From: the human T2T-CHM13v2.0 reference genome, Homo sapiens
Strand: one strand, 5' to 3'
Assembly: GCF_009914755.1 (NCBI RefSeq)
Contig: NC_060926.1
DNA length: 64,000 nucleotides
A program made the translations under genes and the position numbers. The notes beneath the pieces are model-generated. The model saw nothing but the letters and a program-made list of their open reading frames with translations. It was not told the DNA's origin and searched no databases. Shown here in pieces: positions 1 through 13,713 of this stretch (positions within the stretch are counted from its first letter, which is position 1; each line of letters opens with the position of its first letter).

Positions 1-615
1 GGGTTTTTTGTTTGTTTTGTTTTATTTTAATTTTCCTTAAAAAAAAAAAAACCTCCTCTTGTTTTAACATTTTGTTGGTTTCTCATTGTCAGTAGGACAG
101 CCTCATGTCTTGTCACTTCTTTCCTTGCCCCTTGCCTGAGATGTGCACTTTGCTTGAATAACTCCTGTTCATCCTTTAAGACTCTGGGCACCGTTTTAAC
201 CATTTAATGTAAGTCTACCTGACATTTTTTTCCTGTCAAATGAGAAAGGTTTGTTGTCTAGTTTTTTTTTCCTGATAATGATAATGATATGTTGCCATTA
301 TGGAAAATGAAAACAATCCAGAGATAAAGTAAAAATTACCTGAAATCATACCACACAGATTAAGACTTTAAAATTCCATCCATCATTAAAACTTTGATGA
401 GCAAAGCTATTTCATTCTCTTTCCCTGAATTAAAAAAATCGACATATAATATGCATAATTTTTTGTAACCTGTTTTGTCATATATTGGGATCTCTTTTCA
501 TGTCTGTGAATGGAATTACACATCATCATTTTAAAATGGTTATGTAGTATTTCATTGTAATGAAGAAGCCAAAATTTACTTAAGTAGTATTACTCGGATG
601 GGTATTTAGAGAGTT

Positions 616-1167
616 GTTATCAGTCAGTTCAACCAGAGAAGCAGAAGTACCAGGATATCTATTTCTCTCTCGAGCCACACACACACATGCATGTATGTGC
701 ATACACAAACACATGGCAAAGAATTGGCTCTTAATGTGGAGGCTGGCAAAGTAAGTGCAAAGCATGCAAGGCGGGCAGTCAGGAGCCGGGGGAGATCCAG
801 GACTAAGCACTGGCAAGACCAGGTACTACCTGGAGTGTCTGATCCCAGGGAGGACTTAGACCCTTTTTTAAAGGGCTTTCAACTGATAAAATCAGGCCAC
901 TTAGGATACTCTCCCTTTTGATTAATGTAAAGCTAACTAAGTAGGGACTTTAATTATATCAGCAGAATCTCTTTATGGCAGCACCTAGATTAGGGTTAGA
1001 AAAGCTAGGAGGAAGTGTGTGTCTGCTACAAAATGACGTTGCCTCTCTTCTCTTCCCAACACCTGGCGGAGAATATCCCTTGTAGCCCACTTTAGAGACA
1101 TAGTAGAAAGGGAATTTTGGCAAGTGTATTCAGTGTAGGTAAGCTGATGTGTCCCAAAGCCATCACA
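616..1167 (-). mobile_element. MLT2-like (ERVL) LTR remnant
   Basis: TG...CA ends and MLT2-type blocks (ggctggcaa; gactttaattatatc...gcagcacctagattag); internal (CA)n. Confidence 0.6.
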
Positions 1168-1327
1168 CGTGTGTGTGATTTTTGTCTGTTGTAAGCAGTG
1201 CTTACGTAAACATATTTATGCATCTGTTCAGTAGTTTTTTGGAATATATTTTTTAAAGTGGAAGATAATTTTGAACTGTTCTTTTAGCTTAATATGGAAA
1301 GAAATGGTAAGTTATGCTTTTGAATGA

Positions 1328-1663
<336 letters not shown>

Positions 1664-3529
1664 TAGAATTTTAAAAGGATAAAAATAGACCTGGATATTA
1701 TTAAAAATAGTTTAAAAATATTTTATAACCTGTATATTTGTTTTCACTTTTTTTAATGGAGAGATTTTTCAATACATTACTCACATTTTGTTTTTTTAAT
1801 TTTGTTCTTCCAGTCAGTTGGTTATGAATATATCATAGGGGAGGGTTGTGTAATCCCATTTGGGCTACATGACGGCATTTGGAGCAGCCAAAAGGGTAGA
1901 GTACTTGGGTGGACAGGCCTAACTCACTTGCCCATCCCTGTGCCAGGAGTGGCTCCAGGTATTAGGGCTCCACAGTGCCACCAGATACACAAAAGAAGGG
2001 AGAGAGGTGTTGAGCACTAAACAGCAGAAATTGGCTGCAGTGTTGATTGCTTCCTTCACGTTGCTTTTACACTTTCTATGGATTTTGAAGTGAAAGGTCT
2101 AACCTGGGTTCTTATTCAGCTACTTCCTAGCTGTGTGAACTTGGGCAAATTAACTGCCTTTTTAAGCCTGAGATTTCTCATTTGTAAAATGGTGAAAATA
2201 ATAATGTGTTACTTTAAAGATACAATTTTGGTAAAGCTTTAAAAATTTATTTGTAAATAACAGATAATTTAATTCAATAATATGAAGTATCTACATACAG
2301 TTATTGCAGTTATTAAAATTACTTAGTAATGTATCCTAGAATAATTTGTTATTCCAGGATGTTTATTTCAAGATATATACATTTGATATGCTCCAGCCAT
2401 GTTTATTTTCATTATAAAATTGAATCTTGGTATAGGTCATATTGGCGGTCTGTTAATTAGAATTGCCATAGCTGGTTATTGATAATAAGAGTAAGCTTTT
2501 GAGCTACTGTGTTAAATGATTTATATACGTAATTGCTAATAATAACAATTTGGTCTTGTTAGGTATTTTGTGGATAAGAATACTGAAACTCAGTATAAAG
2601 GTTAGGAACAAGGTCATTGGAGTAAGAGCTGGAGTAAGCTCAACCCTGCTTCTTGTTGGCAGGCCTTTCTAGTCCTCAGTTTCCTCATTTGTAAAAGGGG
2701 ATAATATATTTATAATGTATGTCAAGTATCTAGTATAGGGTGGTAGATAATAAATGTTCAGTACATGTTAGTTTCTATTGTTACTTTTATTGCCCAAGAG
2801 CCTTTCACCTTATAGTAAGGGGTCCTTTGAGGATATTAACTCTTAACATGTAGTATCCCATTACCATTTTGGACAGCAGAAAATGCCCAAAGTATTCTTA
2901 CTTTTCTTTACTCATATACCATCTTTTCTGATTTATTACTCCACCGGTGCCTTGCCATATTTTAAGCACATCAGTTAGTTTCATCATACTATAATTTATT
3001 AATCTTTTGAAATAAGAACAATATCTGTTCTGTTCTTTATTTAGAAGCTCAGTAAACTATATAAAGGATGAAAAAAGAATGGTCGGAATATTCCATTTAT
3101 CTCGTTGTGGGCATTTGGGTGCTTAATTATTTAAATTTATTAATAACTTCATTTAAGCAGTAGCATTAATTTATAGTATGAGCTAGGAAAGTAGTTTTGC
3201 AGCGTTCCATGGAACCCATATGTACGCATCTTGAAAGTGTGATTAAAACAGGTATGTTTTTAAAAATTTGTTTTTATATTGGTAATAAAGTGTTTTCATT
3301 CCATCCCTCCTCACATGAGTACTGGGGAATCTGGACTTGAAAAGCATTCAGAAGAGTTCCAGAGGCTAAAGGAAGTAGAAAATAAAGGTTTAAAGGCTTT
3401 TGTAATATAGAAGTGATGCTATTGCTCACAATGAAGAAAATGATGGTAAAGGCTTGTATATCCATGTATCAGAATATTTAATGATGACAGTTGCAACAGA
3501 TAATTGAAGAAATACAATGCATTAAATTC

Positions 3530-3825
<296 letters not shown>

Positions 3826-4066
3826 CTTTAATCTTTTGCTCTTGAAAATAAAGATATTTTGTTATTTTTACTCAGTATTCTGAGGATTTTCCAGTATTGA
3901 GGAAGGCACTGAGGAATTATTAAAAAGTTATTGGACCGACCGTCACGTTTAAGAGAATTAAAAAAAAAACATATTAGTCATATGAATAATCTTACACAGT
4001 TGTGCTTATGACCTTGAAGATACGAAGCTGAGATTGAATGGTGCAGATGGTAAAGCAAAATAGTGA

Positions 4067-4489
<423 letters not shown>

Positions 4490-6544
4490 TAACAGCAATA
4501 TTATGTAAATTTTTGAAAACTTTGATAATAAGATCCCTTCAGAGGCTTGTTTTCTGCTAATGAAATAGTTCATAGGCTGTAATATGAGTTTTAATTTACT
4601 TAATGTGGTTTATTAACATTTTATACTCTGAAATTACATGATTTTTAGTTTTTAACTTAAAAGATTTTGGTGATGGGTGCCCCATAAAATTTGTCAGTCT
4701 TATTTCTTTGAAGACTTTTGAGTTATTAACGTTAGCCCAAGCTTGCCATATTTTGGTGAAAATTGAAAGAAAACGCCACCAAACTTTTTAATATTTTTCA
4801 AACATTTTTGAAGTTTCTTGATAAGCAGTTATCAGATGGACTGAAGATATCAAATAGAGATGAGATATTGAAAATTCAGGCTTCTCATTTTTTTTTCAAA
4901 GACAGAAGTTATAATATTCAGTAAATCCAGCTATAGACATTCATATATAGAAGTATTTGCCTTGCCAGTAAAAGGGATGCATGCTTTAATTTTTTATTGC
5001 TTTGTAAATGATCCTCTCCTCTATTCTTGAACACTTTTCTTATTTTTGTACGCTCTATAAATGAATTATGGTTTTGAACTTTTTTACATCAGTAATAAAA
5101 ATGAAATTTGATTGGTTGGTAATAAAGAAGGTTCTTTTCATAAAAGCAATCATTTTGTCATGACAATTCTCGTTAACTGTAACTGTGTTGGCAAAATAGA
5201 AACCATAAAATGCATTTCACTGTTTTTATACACTTAGCTATGTTTTTTTGCTGATCATATATTTTATCTCTAAGAACTTGTATAAGCCAAAGAATTTCTT
5301 CATAACTTGATCTGTCTTTAGATGGAAAAAAATAGACTTTTGATGTGTATATTTATTACAGTGGATACAGTATCTTTGAGTATTACAATGGTATTTACCC
5401 CCACATCATATTTTATTACCTGGTCAATTTAGAGCACTAATCAGAACTTTATATGAATAAATTGTGTCATTTGTATAACATGAAGAGGCCATTATTATTC
5501 CAGTGTTTATTTCTGTAAAGTAATATTGGCAGCTGACTCAATGAACTAGCCTTCTTTTGACCTCCATTTCTTTTGATTGTTAGCTTTTATGTTATAGAAA
5601 AATGTTTTGGCATTATGAATTATAAGTAATGTTTCTTTCTTATTTTATAAATTTAAAAAAAGATTATGTCTTTATGAGAAATACCATAAAAATAAAAGTT
5701 GCTATCTAGTTTTTTGTTAGATGCTATCATTGTTATTTTTACTATTACTGTTATTACTGTTCATCGATTTAAGATTCTAAGTTGGCTAGTCCAGGAGAAC
5801 TAGTTACATAATGTTAACTATTTAAGTGATAATTGACATTTGTTCTTACATTGAGATTGTGAATTATTTTTGATGTATTTTCTCCCTAAACAGTTTTCTC
5901 CTTTTTGCCATCTACGTGCACTGATTTTCTCATACTAGCATTTGGTGGCTGTTTGGAGAATATAAAATAATTTTAATATTAAAATAAATATTTAGAAACG
6001 GTGCTAATGTGTGAGAAATTACAGAGTGCAGATTATAGACAAATATAAACTATGCTTTCATTATTTACTGTTTTAGATTATCTTTGTATCATAGGTAAAT
6101 GACTATTGGTTTGACTTTTATGAAAAGATATAGTTAGATTTGACTTTAGCTAGAGTTGTTTCTCTCTTGGATTCTCTTTTGTTTCCTCAATCTGTGAATA
6201 ATGTAGCAACTGCCATTTAGGTCAGTTTTTAAAGATGGATGTAAGCCATTCTAGTCACTGGGTACCAAATCCTGGGGACTAGAGGCCAGGGAGTCAGGGT
6301 GATGTGGTCAGCAAATTGGAGATATAGTGAGATTTCAGGAAGGCAAAGATTCAAGATATTGGATTAATAAAGTGAAACTGTAGGGAAAGTGCAAGTGTCA
6401 AAATCTATGTCTGAAGCAGTAAAGGGAATTTATAAACGTAATATGGTCAGGAGTCAGCTTGGTAACCGATTTAGATAAACGGAATTCTGAGGCTTCAGAT
6501 GAGTCAACATTTTGTGTGATTAATAGTAACTATCAAAAGTCTTA

Positions 6545-7808
6545 ACTGGCAAGTTACTTTTGCAGTGTAACAAACCACCCTAAATTTACAGGTGTAAAAC
6601 AGCCACTTTCTTATGTTTATGAATCCTGTGGGTCAGTAATCCACACAGGGCACATGTTGTGAGTGGCACAAGGTGAGATATAACCATATCCACACACATT
6701 TGTGTCTTTCCACAAGGTCAGACTTCTGTTGGTGCTTATTCAGTCATAAAAGCAATAAGCAACATCGAGTTCCTTAAGGAGGCAATTCTCCTTAGTACTA
6801 CCTGTTCACTCAGTAGTCAGAGCTGTGGCACATAGACTAAGCCAATCCACAAGTCAGTCAATGTTGCAAACCGCACGTAGCAGTATACTTAATATATAAA
6901 TGTTATAGATTAAAATTTCCACATCACACAGTAACATTTAACATCAAGAGAAAAGGGGACAGGAAAAGAGGTAATGAACCAGTCTAAGGAGAGCGTCATG
7001 GACAAGGATAGTGTCCTGGGCTGATCCAGACAGTTGTCAGTGTCTTGCAAGGAAGAGTTCTTGATTTGGGCAGAGCATTTGGCAGCAAATGCTGGGTGCT
7101 GATCATGAGTGACTGCCAGACAGTGTCTATTAAGATGGCCATCTTGAGTTGGTGGAGTTCTGCTCCTTTTATAGCCCTCACATCTTCTGGTGAGGACTGA
7201 TAGTAAAAAGTGTGTCTGGTTATGTCTTTGTCTGGTTGGTACGTGTAGTCTCTGTTGATTAGATGAACATGTGGTCCCTGTTGGCATGATGCCTTTTTAA
7301 ATGTAAGGTGGGGTCTTTTTCTAAGATAGGGTTACTTATGTATAGGGTGCTGTATACAGCACAGGAAAGATGGTTTGTCTCTCACTCATGATGTCTGGGT
7401 CTTAAGCTGAAAAGACTCAAAGGCTGGGAATGATCCAGTGGTTCAGGGTTGGAAACCTCTGGAAGCATCTTCACTTGTATCTCTGACAGTTGATTCTGGC
7501 TAGGACTTTGGCTGGGGTTGTTCTCTGGAATACTTACATGTGGCTTCTTCATGTGGCTTGGCTTCCTCACAGCTTGGTGGCCTGAGGGTAGTCAGACTTT
7601 TTATGTAGTGACTCAGTGCACCACATACAAGTGCCTGAGCTAGCAAGATAGAATTTGCATCATCTTTTATAATCTACTCTCAATTGTCCTGCAGCATCAC
7701 TTCCACAATATTCTGTGGGTCACAGTGCCAGCCCAGATTCAAGGGAAGGGGAATTGTAGGGTAGGAATTACTGTTGTGGACGTATTTAAGACATATACTT
7801 TGCCACAA
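6545..7808 (-). mobile_element. MLT1-type MaLR LTR, split by a later LTR insertion
   Basis: gtaacaaaccacccta...ctgtgggtcag on the left half; ggcttcctcacagc...cccagattcaaggg on the right half. Confidence 0.65.
6655..7358. mobile_element. Solo ERV LTR (about 704 bp), family not assigned
   Basis: Starts TG (6655) and ends CA (7358); flanked by 5-bp TSD GCACA (6650-6654 and 7359-7363); interrupts the MLT1 element. Confidence 0.75.
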
Positions 7809-8252
7809 TAACCAAGGTGGTACTGCCTGTTTTTCTTAGATCTGGGAACCGAGAAGGCACACACATGACTGAATAGAGGTTCTAAAGAAGGATGGGGATA
7901 GATGGGGAGTTGGGGGTGAGTAGAGTAGTGCGGGTGGTTTTGTACGTTGTAATTAGTTATCTATGGAACTCTCTAAAGCTAGTGATGCCTGCTCGAACAT
8001 GCATGCATATACAAATACTCCTTTATTCTCACCAAAGGCCTATCATATGGAAAGATTGAGGATGGAGATAAGACAAGTATAGTTTTCAAATACTCTGTAG
8101 ATCATTTGTCTGTGTGTCTTTGGTTAGGAACCACTGAATGATTCGGAGAGAAAGTGAATTCTTGAGTTTACACTGTTGAATTTGGTACCCATTGTTGAGA
8201 TGTTATCCTTCCTTAAATTGGTTCAATGATATTATTTTTAGAGTTACAGTAG

Positions 8253-8285
<33 letters not shown>

Positions 8286-8823
8286 CAGATATCTTTCAGG
8301 CTTTAGATAGCAAAAGACCTGCTTGTATTTTCTGCAGAATGTTTGTTGAGTACCTAATTTGTGCTAGGTGCTCTGCCAGGTGCTGGGGGTACAAAAATAA
8401 GTAACAATTCTTGCCTTTCATGAGCTTATATTCTTTTGCAGAAATAGATCATTTTAATATGAAGAGCTATATCTATAGTAGAAATCTGCACAGAGGCATC
8501 TAGTTTAGTAAGCCTTTGCTGAACATTTTGCCTCCGTTTCCTCAAACTGCATTAGGGATGTTAGGTTTTTGGTAAATATCTAAACTCGTCTCCATGCCTC
8601 CTACCTTCTATCTGGCATGCTTTGGATTATTTTTTTGGATCCAATTCAGATTTCATCTCCTTTTGTGAATTCTTTCCTGTTTTCCTCAGGCAGATTTAGT
8701 TATTTCTTCATGAATATTTCTATAGGGCTTTATACACACTTTTGTTCTAATGTGTATATTAAGAATTATTGATTGAAAATATACTGTGAGCTAGAGACTT
8801 TATAGGGTACTTAGTTTATCTAC

Positions 8824-9127
8824 TTTTTTTTTTTTGTTTTTTTTTTTGAGATGGAGTCTTGCTCTGTTGCCCAGGCTAGAGTGCAGTCGCACGATCTCAG
8901 CTCACTGCAACCTCCATCTCCTGGGTTCATGCGATTGTCCTGCCTTAGCCTCCTGAGTAGCTGGGATTACAGGCATGCACCACCACACCTGGCTAATTTT
9001 TGTATTTTTGATAGAGACAGGGTTTCACCATGTTGGTCAGGCTGGTCTCGAACTGCTGACCTGGTGATCTGCCCAACTTGGCCTCCCAAAGTGCTGGGAT
9101 TACAGGCGTGAGCAATCACACCTGGCC
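8824..9127 (-). mobile_element. Alu (S-like)
   Basis: Full dimer with T tail. Confidence 0.95.
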
Positions 9128-10225
9128 AATCTAGTTTTATTCTTCCAATAACCCAACAAGATAATTAATATTTCCCTCTTTTACAGTGAGGTAATTGAGA
9201 CAAGAATAGGTTAACCAGTTTGGCCAACATAACTCACACAATAAGTTGTAGAATTGGGAGGGGAAGCCAGGTATGTGTGACTCTGAAATGTATGCTTTTT
9301 CCCTACACCACCTGTATTTGCTTAATGTATTTTAAATGGTTATGTTTACCTTAGTCACCCCTAATCCCACCTCCCTTTTTGTTCTTCACCTGCTCAACAA
9401 AATTAGATCCTAGAGGGCAATGACAGTTTTATATTCATCTTTGTATTATAGTTGTGGGTACATTTTGGATGTTTATCACCTATTTGTTCATTTAAATGCC
9501 TTTAATATTTTTTAGGGGGAATCCTCTGAGCATTTTCTACTGTGTTCTCATACTCTTAAGGAAATTCTTGACCGTTACCTCATTTCCTGTTTCCTTCTTC
9601 TTGGAGAATCTTGCAGTTTTGTCAGCATTTCAGGTGGTATAATAATAAGTCAGATTCTCTGTGGGGGATAATTTGTTCTATAACTAGCTGGGAGGAGTGA
9701 AGGAAGAGGAATAGAGTTTTTTGGTTAGCTAGCTTGATATGAGATAGCAAAGTATATGTACAGTACCTGGAACCATAATCACATAGTAGATACTTAAAAA
9801 CATAGGTGCTGACATTACAGTGATTGTATTTGGTTTAGATGGGAAGAACTACTTAGTTTGAAGGATATTTGTTTTCTGTCTCTAGAGTTAGATTTAGAGA
9901 ACCATTAAACTATTGCACTGTGAAGGTTAATGTTGTTGAGGTCTCACAGTTGTGTGGGGCTGTTTTTGTATCTGTTTTTTGGCCAGATGGATTAGACTTT
10001 TACTCTTAACCAGCTGTTTTTCTATAGTTCTGCTGTTGATCTCATATTCATTTTTAGTTCTGAGAAAAACTCATAGTATCAGTGCTTCTTTTTTTTTTAA
10101 ATTTCAGATTACCATTTTAAAAATGAAAAAAGTTTGAGTAACAATTACAAGACTCTTCTGTTAATTTATCATTATCATATGTAGTTGGCCTGCTTTTTAT
10201 TGGAAATTAATGAAAAATAATGGAT

Positions 10226-10370
10226 TTTTTTCTTTTTTTTTTCCTTTTCTTTTTGTGATGGGGTCTTGTTATGTTGCCCAGGCGTGCCTCAAACTTCTGG
10301 GCTCAAGGGATCCTTCTGCTTCAGCCTCCCAAGTAGCTGGGACTACAGGTGCACACCACCATGTCCAGCT
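10226..10370 (-). mobile_element. Alu monomer (FLAM-like)
   Basis: Single arm; TSD-like ATGGATT on both sides. Confidence 0.8.
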
Positions 10371-10964
10371 ATGATGGATTATTTTTATAATGGATCAAAG
10401 TCTAAACATAACCATTTGAGAACATGACACATACATACTTATTAAGGAAGAATGGAAAGTTTTAAATTTGACTTATATTTATTTACTTTACCTGAGTTAT
10501 TGGCTTGTTGGTGCTGTGAATTTGTTTTCTTGACCCTTGTTAACCTCTAGAAGTTTGTCAGGTTTACGAAATTGGTCCTTGAATACCATTTTGAAATTGA
10601 TCTCTAGTCACAGATAGATATCACAACTGATATTCATAATTACTAACTTATTTTTACTTTCCTTATCGAATACTTCTAATGGAAAAACTATCATGTTACC
10701 ACTTTGATTGCAAAATAAATGTGGCCTGAGTTCATTAATCTTAAAGGCTTATTCTTGAACATTATAAAATAGCAACATGTTACTAAGGCATGTTTTAAAA
10801 CATGGCTTTAAGCCATAGCCACAATGCTTAAGGAGAAAAAGATGGTCAAAAATCTTCTTGAAAAAAATTAATCTACACACATCCTTACTACCATTTTCTC
10901 TGAGCTAAATGAATGAAAGATAAAAAGAACATAATCTTATCTCAAGTGCCATCTGTGTCTCTAG

Positions 10965-11135
10965 GATGGTCTTTGTTGTGGTGTTCACAGACCATCTGCA
11001 TCAGATTTACCAGGATTGCTTGTTAAAGGTGCAGATTTTTGGTCCTCATCTCTACAGTATCAGAACTCCTGAGTTTAGGAAATACATAACTTTATCAAGT
11101 TCCTCAAGTGTACAGGAAGAGTTGAGAACTACTGT
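10965..11135. mobile_element. MER5A-like hAT DNA transposon remnant
   Basis: gcatcaga...cttgttaaa..tgcagatt...ttgagaactactg motifs. Confidence 0.6.
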
Positions 11136-11234
11136 TGTAAGATAATTATAATTGCTTTAATTCTAATAATTACTACCCAAGAATGTTTATTTGTGAGCTC
11201 TGCAGGAGGTTAGCTAATTTAGTTGTGTGTTCAC

Positions 11235-11430
11235 TGACTGTAGAGCAACACTACTTGGGTTCAAATCCTGGCTGCTGTCACTTACTAGCATTGTGACTTT
11301 GAACAAATTACTTAGCTTGTGCCTCAGTTTTCTTATTGTAAAATTGGGAAAATAATAATAGTGTCTACCTCATAAAGTTGTGGGATGTTTAATATATGTC
11401 AAGCACTTACATGTACAGTAAGTGCAATAA
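11235..11430 (+). mobile_element. MIR
   Basis: Core gggttcaaatcctggct...tgtgactttgaacaaattactt...gcctcagttttctt..tgtaaaat. Confidence 0.75.
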
Positions 11431-11449
11431 GTCTTTTAAGATTTTCTGT

Positions 11450-12395
11450 TCAGCTTTCTTGAGATATAATTTACAAACCCTTTTAGATTTATAATTCAGT
11501 GATTTTTAGTATATTTACATAATTGTGTGACTATTGCCACAATCTTTTTTTTTTTTTTTTTTTAGTTTTCCACTCATCTCTGCAGTTACCACAGTCTAAC
11601 AGTAGGTTTCCATCACCTCCAAAAGAAACTCCTTGCCCATTTACAGCCACTCCTCATTCCCACCACCAGCCTGAGTCAACCACTGGTCTACTCTGTTTCT
11701 GTAGATTTGCCTCATCTGGACATGTCATATAAATGGAATCATATGTTTTCTTTTGTGTCTGGCTTTTTTTTTTTTATTGGGCATAATGCTTTTTGAGGGT
11801 CATCCATGTATTCATGTTGTAGCATGTATCAGTACTTAACTTGGTTCTTTCTTATTGCCAAATAGTATTCCATCATATGGATATGCTGCATTATGTCTGT
11901 CCATTCACCAGTTAATGAACATCTGGGTTGCTTTCCTTTTTGACTATTGTGAATAATGCTGCTATGAACATTTGTATATAAGTCTTTATTTGGATATTTA
12001 TTTTTATTTCCCCTGGGTGAATACATAGGAGTGTAATTGATGGGTCATATGGTAAAATTCTGTGTTTAACATTTTGAGAAATTGCCAAACATTTCATGGT
12101 CCCATCAGCAACGTGTGAGAATTTTTGATTTCTCCACATTTGCTAAACATTTGTTATTGTCTGTCTTGTTGATTATGACCTTCTTATTGGGTGTGAAGTG
12201 GCATCTCATGGTGGTTTTGGTTTGCATTTCCCTAATGACTAATGATGCTGAGTATCTTTTCATGTGCTTTTTGGCCATTTGTATATCTCCTTTGGAAAAA
12301 TGGCTATTCACATTCCTTGCTCAATTTTAAAAATTGGGTTATGTTGTCTTTTTATTATAGGGTTGTAAGAGTTTCTAACATATTTTGGATATATG
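11450..12395 (-). mobile_element. Old L1M 3' fragment
   Basis: Minus-strand ORFs resemble the L1 ORF2 C-terminus (MFIAALFTI; HMKRYSASLVIREMQ). Confidence 0.85.
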
Positions 12396-12600
12396 CTGTA
12401 TGAGTTTTGCGGAATCTTAATTGCTGTCGTTATCATAATCATCATCTGCCTAAATAGAAGTCTAGTTTGTATTTGACCAGGAGATAGATTCTAGTTATTC
12501 TCTAGTTTTATTTGGGCTCCAGCTTTGGTTGTGAGAGGGAAGTTCTGCCTTCCTTTTTCTGTGTTTTCAATCTTTGTTGCTTTCCATCTTGTGCTTCTAG

Positions 12601-13080
<480 letters not shown>

Positions 13081-13476
13081 TAAATTGGAATTCATTTGGT
13101 GTTTTAGAGATTATACACTGTCGTGTATGTTTTTTTCTTGTTTTTTGTGTAATGTGTAGCCCAAACAGAATTAAGCCTTGTTATATGTATACCAGATAAT
13201 ATTGTCATAATGAGGTAGACTTCAGTGTTTTTAACTTCAGACATTGTAAAGGTACACATAAGGAGATAGGCCACATGATACCTCTAAAATAGAAGTGCCT
13301 TATGGGCAGTTACTTGGTTTTCTTTATAATTGTGCCTTTAGCTCTTAGAATGGTGCCTGACACTTTATATGCATTCAATGTATTTATTGAATGAACGATA
13401 AAACTGATTTGTAGCTGTGGCTAAATTTACTTTCTGAAGTAAGATGTATGTATAATTTACTATACATATTTATATA

Positions 13477-13713
13477 CACTGAGTATCCCCAATTTGAAAG
13501 TCCAAAATCTGAAAATGCTCCAAAATCCAAAACTTTTTGAGTGCCAACATGATGCTCAAAGGAAATGCTCATTGAAGTGTTTTGGATGTTTGATTTTTGG
13601 GTTAGGGTTGCTTAACTGGTAAGTATATAATGCAGATATTCCAAACTATGAGAAAAATCCAAAATTGAAACACTTCTCGTGTCAGGAATTTTGGATAAGG
13701 GATACTCAACCTG
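13477..13713. mobile_element. Tigger4a/MER46-like DNA transposon
   Basis: Termini tgagtatccc... and ...gggatactcaacctg|ta; internal gaaatgctcattg. Confidence 0.8.

Noticed and set aside
7894-7937. G-rich tract as a G-quadruplex
   Set aside because: The fourth G-run is separated by a long loop; weak candidate.
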